Assembly (NCBI RefSeq): GCF_032191835.1
Contig: NC_083236.1
Span: 20,212,001 to 20,276,000, forward strand
Source: Heteronotia binoei
Lineage: Eukaryota
Direction: 5' to 3'
DNA: 64,000 nucleotides
Of the stretch, positions 24,802 through 36,870 are shown one piece after another. Each line of letters starts with the position of its first letter. Position 1 is the first letter of the stretch. Below the pieces are notes generated by a model, which was given only the letters and a program-made list of their open reading frames with translations, did not search any database and was not told the origin of the DNA. The translations under genes and the position numbers were made by a program.

Positions 24802-25370
24802 GCAGCCAGTTAGAAGCCCTGCCTTACAATGTCCCCTCCCACTTTCTGCTAAGCTCAGCAGGCACAAGGGGAAGTATCGACAGGCATCATGGCACCCACG
24901 GGCACCATGAGGAGGAACATTATTCTAGACTATGTGCTGCTGTGCCTCTTTGATCGCTCGTATGGTCTTGGCTCACTCGCCATCTTGGCAACACCCCCAG
25001 AGGATGATACAGTGAGAAAGAAATGCATATGACAGTCCTAAGGTCACCTTTTAAGGAGTGAGCCCCATGAATTAATTTGACATTTACTTCTAGGTAGACC
25101 TACCTGGGATAGTTCCCATAGGCTCCAACTTTATGTCAAATCTCAATTCCATTCCTATTTCTATGGTTTTTTTATTTTTTAAAAACCAAAATAATAACAT
25201 AGACGGGGTACAGAAGGAAAGAAAGGGGTTATATAGGGGCTACGGAACAATTTATAATTATGAAAGATTGTTATACTTAGAGGACTTGGTTGTAAATTGC
25301 TGATGTTTTATTTATTAGAATGTGCTTTTTATTACATAGTGAGCCACTTGAACTCACAGGAAAAAGTGTA

Positions 25371-25508
25371 CTCCTGCCTGCTCTCCCGCTCCCGTAGCCC
25401 TCCCAGTCGCACCTCAAAAAGCTACCACTTCCAAAGTGTTAGCTTTTTGAGGCACAACTGGGAGGCCTACGGATGTGGTGAGTGCAGGAGTGGGACAGCA
25501 GGCAGGAG
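25371..25508. repeat. Central-hairpin foldback repeat family, copy 1
   Basis: ccgtagccctcccagtcgcacctcaaaaagctaccactt-cca-aagtgttagctttttgaggcacaactgggaggcctacgg. Related cores at 27901-27942 and 40098-40130. Confidence 0.8.
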
Positions 25509-27305
25509 TGCGTATTTGGACACACTTTTTTGGTCCGCCCAGGGCCGGCTTAAACTGCTGGTCCGGATTCAGCCAAAGAGAGATTTCTGATTGCAAAGGC
25601 TTCTTCTTGCCAGCTTCCCTGTGCTCAATGCCAGTGAGCAAGAAGAAACATCTTGGTGCCTTTGGGTTCAGGCTGAGTCCTAGTTTCTCTGAGCAAGAAA
25701 AAAAAAAGAAGTGGTGTCTATCCACTGGAATTACAAAGAACAACAGTTCTGAGATAATTCACTTGAATAACAGTATACATTCTGATTAACTCACAAATGT
25801 GAATAGCATCTACCAACAACAGCAACAGAAAGAATCGGGGATTTTAGAGAACTCATCCAGACAACACAAAGAGTGTTCAAAACCAGTCTGTATTGTTGTC
25901 TTTGATATATATATTCCAATAAGACCAAAATAGAAAAAGCTTCTTGAGATGGAGGAACAGCTAATTCCAATAAAATTGCAACACAGTAAGAGTGAATTAA
26001 TTAGAAAAAAAAAACCCTTATGAACTTGTAACTCTACAACAGAATTGAAATGTGGGAAAACCCCTGTGAGGCATCCTCAGCACAAGTCATAGATAGAGCA
26101 GAGGCAGACTATAAAGCAAGGGAAGAAACCTTCAGCATTCAGCAATCTGACTTCACGTCATGCTCCACTCCAATAAAAAAGACTGCCTGCCTGCTAAGAC
26201 CCTCCCCACCACCACCATCATTCAGTTGAGCCTCCTCTTCTTCCCGCAGCTTGGTACAGAAAGGTATGTGCTGCATGACAAGAGAGAAAGACCACTTATC
26301 TTTCAACACAAAATTGGGGAGGAAAGTCTATATAGTTATTACTGCAAGGTGAGGGGTGGGGGAGGACCACTGATGTGTAATGGCTGGTAAGTGCTCGTCT
26401 TGGAAGAAGAAAAAATTAGACAGTGAATAAATCCTTAAAAACAAAAATACCAGACTTCGTGTGTGTGAACTGAATCTTCCCATCAGTGTTTCAAAATCGA
26501 AAAGACATGATTACACACAAGGCATTAACATCAAAGAAATGAAGCACTGCTTTGATCGAGTCAGACTGAATTGCCATTTGAATGCCAGGTTCCCTCAAGT
26601 TTTAAAAAAACGTGGGCCTCCCCAGACATTTCCCAGCATGCTCTGTGGCATGGTGCCTCAGACGTATTGGAAACTGTGTCCTGAGTGTCAGGCACATCCT
26701 CTTCTCTCCCAGCTACACTGATCTATCAGTTTCTTGCCTGGCTGGGCCTGCAGTAGCTGTGCCAGCCCATGCAGTTAGGAGTGTGTGCGGAAGAGACTTT
26801 CTCCCCCTCCCTCTGACCGTCTTGAACTCTAAACCATATATCCAATGTACCAGCACAACACATACTTTTGTTGTTCATTTTCATATACAAGCGACAACAA
26901 TGCTTTGGTTTTGTTTAAGAAACCAGCCCCGGCAGCCATCGCTGCATGCGTGCAGCCCTGATAGAAAACCAGTCAGTTGTGTTGGTGTGAGGGACACCCA
27001 GAATTAAACCCAGTTCCTGTTCTTTTTGAACACCTGATCAGTGCTACCAGCGACACACAGGATTTGTCAGGGGAAGATTATCTGTTCAGCACCTATTTGT
27101 ATGTACCCTTCCCTGTCCAGCTAGAGATAGTAAAGACTGTTCCGTGGGCAAGAGTTGCTCTGTGGAGAAGCAAGGATGGTTTTCTCTACAAGTTCTTGCA
27201 GTTATAGCTCCACAGCACTTTGAATTGCCTTGTCCTGTGGCTGACGGGCTGCACATCAAAAACCAGCTAATAAAACTACACAGTATGTGGAAACCATATT
27301 CTCAC

Positions 27306-27398
27306 CTGAGGTAGCACTGCTGGTCTTTGTCCGGCCAACCTCTGTAAGGAGCTGACCTGAGGGACTTTAATGGGCACTGCAGTAATGGTTCCCAAACC
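27306..27398 (-). CDS. PHF21B: PHD finger protein 21B coding exon (93 nt, phase 0/0): [31 protein letters not shown]
   Basis: Acceptor ccccttttctcgcag and donor CAG|gtgag. The peptide matches recalled human PHF21[32 protein letters not shown]. Confidence 0.95.
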
Positions 27399-28799
27399 CT
27401 GCGAGAAAAGGGGAGAAAGGAGTGCAGCATAAGTAACAAACAACTGTCACTTTTGAACAACTGTTCTTTGCATCTTTCATCCATTCCAGGGCTGCCTCAC
27501 ACAATATACGTTTTCTATATGAGCATCACTTCTTTGAAGGAAACCAGGGCTGATAACAGTCAGGCATTTTGAGCTGGATTGGAGGCGTCCCAAATTGGGC
27601 CGGCCCAAAAAGAGGTATCCCGAAGCCTCCACACACTCCCCCACAAACTGTCCCCATCCTGTCCACAGGGTGACACAGGTGTGATCAGATGACTGTCATG
27701 CACCATCCCTGTCACTCGGCTTGGGGTTCCCCCCCATACATTTTAGTGGTCATGTGCATTCATGCGCACATGCACTATGTGCACTTGCACTCTGAACAGT
27801 TTTTTTTTTAAGCTTAGGGCGGCTTGGCACTTTCACACCACCAAGGCACCTCACTTGCTCCCTTCCACTTCTAGATGGCAAGGAGGAGACTGGTGTTTGA
27901 CTCAAAAATTTGCTACCACTTTGGAAGTGGTAGCTTTTTGAGCCACACTGCGGAGGCCTGAGGACAGGGTGAGTACAGGACAAGGACGGGTAGCAGATGT
28001 TTGTGTGTGGAAGGATTTTTCTGTTTGATTTCTAAGGCGTCTCTGAGTCGGCCCAGTCTGTAATCACCCCAGGTGTCCATTTTATTGCAGGTATATGTGG
28101 TAGGAAATCTGGACTGTTGGTGGCTGTCCAGGGCATAAGCATGGAATAGAGCAGCCTCATTCTAACATCATGCCCACACAGCAAGTTTAGCATGTGCCAC
28201 AGATTTGAGAAAAAAGACACCATCTCTTTTTTCGGTTTCATTTTAGATCAGAATCAAGCCCAAGTATTCAATAGTAAAAATCAAGGTTAACAACAGGCGG
28301 AGAAGCATCAAAAACATTTCCCATTCTTCTATTTCCCCCCTTTTCCAATATTACATCTGACAAAAGATAACTCCCAGCCTAGGAAAGTGTAGTATCAGTT
28401 CTAGATATTGGTTCATTCTATAAAAATCCACACACAAAAAGGTTTCTTTTTTTAAAAGTAACGAACAATAAAAAAGGGGAGGCAAAGGGAACAAGGGAAG
28501 CCAGACAGCGGCTTTGTACTGCTAAGTTCATTCTTCTTGGTATCTATAGACAAGGAGTTCGGGTTGTGTTTTCCAATGAAGCTATCATTAGTCCTGTCAC
28601 CTACACTCTTGGAAAAATGCTGTCAATTTATTTAACTGAAGAAGTTCAGAGTACTGCAGCTGCCTCTCAGGAGAATGAAAACAAATTATGGCATTCTTCA
28701 GTTATGAAATTTTTACTGCCAAACAGCACATACATGATGTTTACAAGCCATATTAAAGCTCTGTTGTTTAAATATTTAAAATGGGAAGCAAGCTGAGGT

Positions 28800-28997
28800 T
28801 TAAAAAAATTACATACTAAAGAAGAAAAATATGCCAGGTTTTTTCTTTCTTTCATTTTTGGTTATTCTTTGGGGTTATTATTTGCTTGCATCAGATTCTT
28901 AAAAAATTACATACTAAAGAAGGAAAATATGCCAGGTTTTTTCTTTCATTCATTTTTGGTTATACTTTGGGGTTTTTATTTGCTTGCATCAGATTCT
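28800..28997. repeat. Tandem duplication, ~98-bp unit x2
   Basis: aaaaattacatactaaagaag...tgcttgcatcagattct occurs twice with a few mismatches. Confidence 0.9.
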
Positions 28998-30224
28998 AGC
29001 ATCTCACTGCTCTCCTGGTAATAGTGAAGTATCCATTGGATTCTGTGCATAGTCATGTTTGCAAGTTGTTATTTAACATCCCAGTTTTAGGTTTAGGAGA
29101 TTGAGAAGAAATACAGAGAGAAACATACATGTTTGATAATTAGCAAGTTATTAAAGGTGGAAGGACAAACCCCCCCCCCAACAACAATTCAGGACAATTA
29201 AAAAAAAAAAACAGAGCAAGCATAAGAGTAGGAAAAATTACTAGCCAAATAAACAAAACTAAAATTACTCGTTAAAAAACACAACAAAAAAAGAAGGCAT
29301 GTGTAATGAATTAAATATCTAGGGCACACTGTCTAAACAAAGTTAGGCAATTTAAAAAAAAAAACTTATGTTTTCATGGGGCTTCACTAGGCTTGCCAGT
29401 CCCCAGGTTTGGGTGGGGGATTCCCTGGTTTTTCAGGCTTCTCCCCACTGCCAACCAGCTAGCCAGCAGGGGGAAGCACCACCTCAACAGCCATTATGAG
29501 CCTTTAGATCTCAAGCTGGTTCAGAAGCTTGCAACTGTTTCTGTTTTGGAATGTGTGTGTGTGCCTTTAAATCTCAGCAAGATGGAAGCTACCTATTGGT
29601 AGCTCTGGGCTCAGACTGTTGCCCTGTGCTGAGCTTTAGAAAACCTACCGGTTTGGGGAGGGGGGACTTGCAGTCTGCTTTGGTTTTTTAAGTGAAATAT
29701 GACAACCAGCATTGCAGGACAAGTATAACAGAACCCTGCCTAACCGAATAAACAGAATGTTATCAACTTGCCCAAACTACTTATTTATTCAAATATTTAT
29801 ATCCCACTTTTTGCTGTAACCCAAGGCAGCTTGCAAATCATACTAAAAACATAATAGGGGTGTGCAAATTCGCCCCCAGCTCCATTGTAGCTTATGAGAG
29901 CCATCATAGACAATGGCCTCATAAGCTATAAGGGAGAATTAATCTGGGGGTATCTGGGGCTCTGGGGGCTGTTTTTTGAGGTAGAGGCACCAACTTTGCA
30001 GCATAGCTACTGACACTTCTCCTAAAAAAATTCTCTCAGTTTCAAAAAGATTGGATCAGGGGTTCCAGTTCTATAGGCCCCAGAAGAAGGTGCCCCCATC
30101 CTCCATTTTTTTCCAATGGAGGTTGTGAGCTGAAACAGACATTCCTTGAGCTGGCTTTAAAATTTTGTGCACCAGTGCCCCCTAGTGCAGCTTAGAGGGA
30201 ACTATGCTCCTACAGTGTAAGTTT

Positions 30225-30690
30225 GAATGAATGAACTTTTTATTACGGTCATAGACCAATATAAAAATTATAACACATCATGTAAAACCCCTCCTAAAAT
30301 ACATAAAATACAATAAAATACTTAAAACTTTTCCACACCTATACAGGTCGGGGATAACTAAAATATAATTTAACCAATTTTAAAATCCAGAATCAGTTCA
30401 AATTAATATAAAATCCTTTAAATCCAAATATATAAAATCGTTTATAACCTAAAATTCAAACAGATCATACAAAACCTACCATTTCTTGTTTCTTAGTATG
30501 GAACTTCACCAGGTAATGGCAGAATTTAGCTATAGATGGACTTGCATCCACCAAAAGTTTCTCCAAACACGCCCCGTCGGCATCTGCTATTGGTTTGACT
30601 ACAAACGGGGAAACAAGCCTGTCTCTATATGCTTGGTGGAATGGGCATCGAAAAGTTTGACATACTGTGATTGGGAAGGAGTTCCATAAA
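30225..30690 (-). mobile_element. 3' end of zinc-knuckle LINE family (related to 57570 element)
   Basis: RCPFHQAYRDRLVSPFV peptide, 3' motif gaccgtaataaa and (TTCA)n tail. Confidence 0.65.
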
Positions 30691-30714
30691 AAGGATGACA
30701 CCAAAGTTCTCTCT

Positions 30715-30940
30715 GACCCAGATGGCCCAGGCTAGCCTGTTCTTATCAGATCTCAGGCGCAAAGCAGGGTCATCTTCTGTTAGTACTTGGATGGGAGGCC
30801 ACCAAGGAAATCCAGGATTGCTATGCAGAGGCAGGCAGCGGCAAACCACCTCTGAATCTCTCTTGCCTTGAAAACCCTACAGGGTCATCATATGTTGGCC
30901 GTGACTTGATAGCACTTTACAACAACACCCCCCACACACA
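30715..30940 (+). mobile_element. 5S rRNA-derived SINE with Sauria/BovB-like tail
   Basis: cagatctcaggcgcaaagcagggtcatcttctgttagtacttggatgggaggccacc aligns to the 5S internal control region. It is followed by ggcaaaccacctctg and a (CA)n tail. Confidence 0.8.
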
Positions 30941-31618
30941 CACACACATACAAAGCTGTACTTCTAGAACTAACAAGTCTGACTTGAGGCAACACAGACT
31001 TCAATTCATGTCCTGGGAGGGGATAGACACAGAAGAACAGGTATCTGAAGAAGCATGCATGCATACAAAAGCTTATACCTTGAATAGAACTTGGTTGGTC
31101 TTAAAGATGCTGCCGGACTCAAACTTTGTCCAGGTATTTCCTAAGTTATCCTAGGACCCAGCTATTAAAGGTTAAACCCGGCACATAAAATCATTGGATA
31201 AGTCAACTGGCAATCTGTGGGGCTCTTAGTGCAAAGTGCCCCCTCTGACTATGACCAGACAGGATGAGCTGTTGTGCTGCTTTATGGGCCAGCTGAGTTT
31301 AGCTTGTGTGCTGGAATTTAGTTTTCATATTCCTTTCAAAATCTCATTTGTCAGCAAATCAACAGCATTAAGTAAATCATTAACATGCAGAACAGTGAGT
31401 GTAGATGCAGCTACTTTCCACTAAGAATTTCAAAGAACTTTTCTGTAATGTGTTAGCTTGATTCACTTTATGTTGACAAGGGGAGAATGGATGCTGAATA
31501 TACAGGCCAAAAGAGATTAAGGAGCTCCTGATTCACCACCCCACCCTTTCCCAGTACTGCAGGGCCCCACTCTGCAAGAATCAAACCCTCACATTGTGAA
31601 ATGAAATACCATTGTGGT

Positions 31619-31820
31619 TAGGGTTGCCTGTCTCCATGTGGGGCTGTGTGATCTCTCGCTATTACAATTGATCTCCAGATGAGAGAAGCCAGTTCCTCTG
31701 GAGAAAATTGCTGCTTTGGAGGGTGGACTTGAAGGCATTCCTCCCTGTCTCAAACCCTCCCCTCCACAGGCTCCACACCCAAATCTCCAGGTATATCTCC
31801 ACCCAGAGCTGGCACCCCTA
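31619..31820. mobile_element. Short hAT element
   Basis: Termini tagggttgcc and ggcaccccta. Degenerate TSD attgtggt / atcttggt. Confidence 0.75.
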
Positions 31821-32012
31821 ATCTTGGTCTTACTGCACCATTCTAAAAATGTATAGAGATATATCTGAATCACAGAGAATCATAGAATTATAGAGTTGGA
31901 AGAGACCTCCAGGGTCATCAAAAAAGCTCAAAAACTCATAGAGGAAGCTGGAAACTCAAAAATACCTCCCCCCACACCCCCAGTGACACCTGCTCCAAGC
32001 CCAGAAGATGGT

Positions 32013-32013
32013 A

Positions 32014-32079
<66 letters not shown>

Positions 32080-32092
32080 CAACAACAACAAC
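32013..32092. repeat. (AAT)n-(AAC)n microsatellite at L2 tail
   Basis: About 21 AAT units followed by AAC units. Confidence 0.95.
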
Positions 32093-32094
32093 TT

Positions 32095-32470
32095 TTTATT
32101 TGTATCCCGCCCTCCCCGCACAAGCAGGCTCAGGGCGGCTCACAACATAGGAATGCAATACAATATAATAAAATCACATAAAACAGTAAAATTAATATGC
32201 AGTTACATTAAAATTAACATTAAGGTGCTAATAGATCTTAATTCAGTAGAAGAGAAGAAACATACACAGCGACATTATCTTAGCTCGGTATGGGCGAAGG
32301 CTATTTTGAAGAGGTATGTCTTACAGGCCCTGCGAAATTGATTTACACATTGCAGGGCCCGTACCTCCTCCGGGAGTTGGTTCCAGAGTAGTGGGGCCGC
32401 AACGGAGAAGGCCCGATCCCGGGTGGTCTTTAATCTGGCCTCCCTTCCAGGATCCCTGGCCAAAGTGGCC
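32095..32470 (-). mobile_element. L2 LINE 3' fragment
   Basis: ARLKTTRDRAFSVAAPLLWNQLPEEVRALQ...ACKTYLF. Confidence 0.88.
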
Positions 32471-34149
32471 TGGAGAAAAATTGCTGATTGACCCGCTCCA
32501 GTGGTCCCTCAAGCAGCTGCAGGGGTGGCCGGGGGAGGGAGGGAAGGTCAGCGGCTCCACGCAGGGGCACCCTGACACTTCCTGGGGGTACGACCCCTCG
32601 GCCCCATCTTGGCTATGGGCCTGACTCTTGATTGGATAGAATCTCAGACAACATAAAGGCAGAAAGTTGCTGATTAGCTTCTGCTGACGTCTCCTACACA
32701 GCTGAATCGAGTGGAAGTTGAGGTGCTATGCGGAATTTGTGATCTCTAAACTTTTGGCATTTGTCTGGGATTAGCAGGCTGATGGTTCACGTTTGGGGCC
32801 AGAGATGGGAAAGGATTGTATGACTCATTGTCTTGTTGCCATTGACAAAACACCTGCATTTCTCCTGAATGGTGCAGAAAACTCCTGCGTGACATTCATT
32901 GATGACAGTCGAATTTGGGTCTGCTCTTCTCTCATTCCTCGCTGCCTATTTGCCTCCCATTTCTGAGAATGGCTGTTCCCCCTCCTGCACTTGTCAAAGA
33001 GCAAGCTGGTGTGCATTATTATGAACCTTTAATTAACAAGCTGAAAAGACATTTTTCTGGCAATGCCTGACCTTTAAGCACTTTGTATGAATTTATTGAT
33101 ACCAGCAGAAACAATAATTTAAAAGGTTATTTTATGACCATGGTATAGTTTATAGCAGCACTTTTGTTAAGATAAATGAGTTTCTTATTACTACATTTAT
33201 GGTACTAAGCATTTTAATAAAAAAGAACTATAAAAGTCAAAAGATAACTTCAAATCTCTTCTCTATCTGCAGCCTACATGCAGCCAATGATGGCTTCCTG
33301 AAATGTCTACGTTGCTATGTGCATTAAAGATAGAATGAGGGCCTGGTTAAATAGAGGGCAGGCAGAAGATCTCAAAAGAATCCCAAGGAGAAATATTTTG
33401 GAAAATTGTGGATGTCCAATTGAAAAACTTAAGAGAGCAATGCTAAGTAGTTCTACTCAGAAGTCCCATTTTATTCAATGGGATTTATTCCCAGGAAAGT
33501 GTTCATAGGACTGCAGCTGTCTCACACACTGGTATGTATTTTAAACCCAGTTTTGAGAAGCATGCAAAGAGCTTTCTGACCATACAAACATAATAGAGTG
33601 AAATGGAAATCTCTAGGCCTTTTATAAGTTTTAAGGAGAAAAATTGCACTTTAGACCAGGTCTTGCATCAGCACCAATCCTGTGCCAGTTTGTGTAACCT
33701 GATCTCACATACTAGAAGTGTGGCCATGGCTTCGCTATACTCATTATTGGCCTTTTAGAATCATAGCATTGGAAGGGACCTCCAGGGTCATCTAGTCCAA
33801 CCTCCTTGGACTTTCATCTATCTGTCTGTCTGTCTTCGTCTTCTTCTTCTTCATCATCATCAATCACCATCATCTACCTTACAGTGCACTGCTTCTTAAT
33901 GTATTAGTTTTAAGCAGATTACTTTAATATATATAGGAAAAGCTCGACCCCACTAACTTGCTCATTGTTTTTTTACCTTTAGGTTTTTACATTTGGTTTA
34001 GCTGGAAAGTCTAGTCAGGCAGGGTGGCAGGGTATCATTCCTACCCATCATGTATTTAGTTAGGTAGTTTTGTTTTTATTCTTACTCAGGTTTAGGTGGG
34101 GAGGGAATAAGGGAGGGTTTGGGTGGGAAGGAGGCTAGTTAAGATGCCA

Positions 34150-35340
34150 ATAGGCTGACCAATTGATTGCTTAAATTTGTTTTATTGTGCGCCTTCTTGG
34201 GATTGTGTGAAGGTTAGGTTGTTACTAAGGCTCTATTGATTTCCCAGTTGGGCACGTAGTTGGGCCACTACTAGGCCAATAAGATCAAGCAGGAAGGCCA
34301 TGCAGGGGTAAGGGATATCAGTAATAGGAGGGCAAGGGAGATATAATGGTGGGACTAGGCGGGATTCTGTTAGAAGAAACGGAAAAAAATGGATATACAG
34401 TGATGCTTGGACTTCTTCCCACCTGCATCCCATCCCAAGAAATACTGGTTGTGGGGCTAAGGAAACATACCCTTCTCTGACACTGGTGCTGTGCAATGCC
34501 TGGTCTATTAACAATAAGACCTCAATTCTCTGAGATTTTCTCACAGAGCAGAAAGTAGGCCTGGCTTATGTAACTGAGACCTGGGTGAGGCAGGGTGAGA
34601 TGGTTGCCCTGGGTCAACTTACTCCACCTGGGTTCTCGGTCCTCCGCCAGTCTCGGGCAAAGGGGTGGGGTGTGTGGCTTTGCTCATCCAAGAATCCTTT
34701 TCCTTCAAGGTGCTCCCTGCACCAAAAATAGCTGGCATTGAATGTGTTGGCCTGGCCTGGGAACCCAAGGTGAACTTGGCTATCTGGTTGGTGTACTGAC
34801 CACCTAATGCACCTCCAGATAGCCTACCTGGCTTGTTGGATGCTGTATCGGGCTGGGCTTTGGCGCACTCCAGGCTGCTGATCCTGGGGGGTTTCAGTGT
34901 CCATGCCAATGATGCAGCATCCTCTCAAGCCCGAGACCACAGAGGCACTAGGGCTCCCCTAATTTATATACCCACTCATCTATGCAGACCACATGTTGGA
35001 TTTGATTTGGGGGATGGGGATAAATGTTGATGCTGCTGAGGCAATGCCATGGTCAGATCATTTCACCTTGAAGGTCGCATTAAGCATACCAGGCCCTCCC
35101 TGTTTAGGTGGTGAGCAGATTTATGCTCTACAGAGCTAATGGACCCTAGAGTGGGGAATGCTCTGTGGGACCCTAGGATGCTCTGTGGGATCTGATGCTC
35201 CACAGTGCCTCATTAGATGTGCTGGTGGAGGATTGGCATTGCTGGTTCTCCAAAGCCATTGATGAGATTGCTCTCCAGTGCCCTGTCCACCCTCATGCCA
35301 AACTAGCTCCAGGGTATACTCAGAGCTATGAAATTAAAGT
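34150..35340 (+). mobile_element. L2 LINE 5' portion with APE endonuclease remnant
   Basis: Decayed TLVLCNAWSINNK, VTETWVRQ, GWGVALLIQES and LLILGGFSVHA motifs, with frameshifts. Confidence 0.8.
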
Positions 35341-36109
35341 TGAGACAGCTAGAGTAAAGGTGGCAATGTACTCATGATGAAGCAGCAAGAATATCTTATA
35401 GGATAGGGGTGGCCAAAATTGCTTAACGTAAGAGCCACATAGAACAAATGTCAGATGTCTGAGAGCCCCAAGACATGAACAATCATCACATACATATCTT
35501 TATTAAAACGCTTAATTCTTTCTTTGCACAGAAAGATAAAATACATATGTCTGTACTTTACAACATGAATATGTTAGGAGGCTTTTAAAAATTTGTTGTA
35601 TTATTATTGGGACAAAAGCTGGGAAACAAAAGCTGGAAACAACAGTCCCCATAAAACCAGCAAAAGGAAATGTTATGAAATTATTTTTTGGCACCAGTGG
35701 GAGAAGGAAACACACATGTATCATATAATTCACTGACCACTGTTTCCATCATTATGCATCACTCTTTGCCTCAACACCAAGGTTATTAAATACAACTCCT
35801 ACAAGAGCTATGAAACTAAGGGAGAGCCCTGCATTGCCTTCCTTAATTCCATCCCTCCTTCCAGTGGCTCCCTCAGCTCTTGCACTCTCTTTCCCCACTC
35901 TAGGTCTCCAGGTGAACTCTGTGGTGGAGGAGAAGAGCTTGCAAACCTGCCTATCCCCCACCCCCACTTCACACATGATGGAAATAGTTGCTAACTGGTT
36001 TGTAATGTTTCTTGATTTTGTTGTTACCTGCCTTGAACCCGCTTGCAGGGAAGGTGGGATAGAAATCTAAAAAATTAAAATGTAATAAAATAAAATAATT
36101 ATGAGAGAA

Positions 36110-36870
36110 AATTTGAGAGCATCTTGATCTGTTGCACGCCTTGGTACCAGAGTCATGTTATTGTTAAGTAGTTTGTCATTGAGGGTGAGAAGTCGTTTTA
36201 GGTTAGCAGCTATCTGTGAGTAAGAAAAGTTGCCACCTCCAGAGCTTTTGTGATGGAAGCATCACTAACGAGCAGAGGTTGTTGGTGAGTAATAATGCAA
36301 TGAACTGGATTGAGTTGGAAGCTTTAGGTGAGCACCAATGGTGACCTGTTGTCATTTTCCTTGGTCCTATCTTGTAGTAAGCTGTCCCTGAGTTATCATT
36401 CTGGCCCTTCCAATCATCTTTCTTACCATATCAGAAAGATATTGTAGTTGCAAAAATGCCTGTTGCAGATCCTTCAAGTGACAGTCCCTCTGTCTGAGGG
36501 ACTATAGCACAGGATTTGGTTATGCACAATGGATTGTTCGATGTGGTTGGGGTGGTAGCTGGAGGCATTTAGATATCTTTGCCAATCTGAGAGTTTCTGG
36601 TATAATGTGGTACGAATGTGTCCCTCGTGTATCTGAACTGTGGTGTCCAGGAAGTTTATTTCTTGGGTAGTGTTGGTAGTTAGATTGATGGTGAGGCGGA
36701 AGTTGTGGAAAGCCTGGTGAAATCTCTCGAGGGATTCTTTGCCACGGGTCCAGACAATAAAAATGTCATCGATGAATCTCAAGTAAAGGAGAGATGCCAA
36801 TGGGTAGAATTTCAATAAATGCTGTTCTAGATCCACCATGAAAATGTTGGAATACTGTGGAGCCACTGTA
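36110..36870 (-). mobile_element. Penelope-like retroelement RT fragment
   Basis: APQYSNIFMVDLEQ, YLRFIDDIFIVW, INFLDTTV and RYLNASSYHP, then the decayed linker LLQDRTKENDNRSPLVLT. Confidence 0.88.

Noticed and set aside
26250-26263. 14-nt plus-strand microexon-like signal (ttcccgcag|...AAG|gtatgt)
   Set aside because: Antisense to the gene, with no partner exons. Expected by chance in 64 kb.
30721-30825. Possible 5S rRNA gene
   Set aside because: It is diverged and continues into a SINE tail, so it is called a SINE.
31936-32121. Poly-Ile ORF
   Set aside because: It is the translation of the (AAT)n microsatellite.
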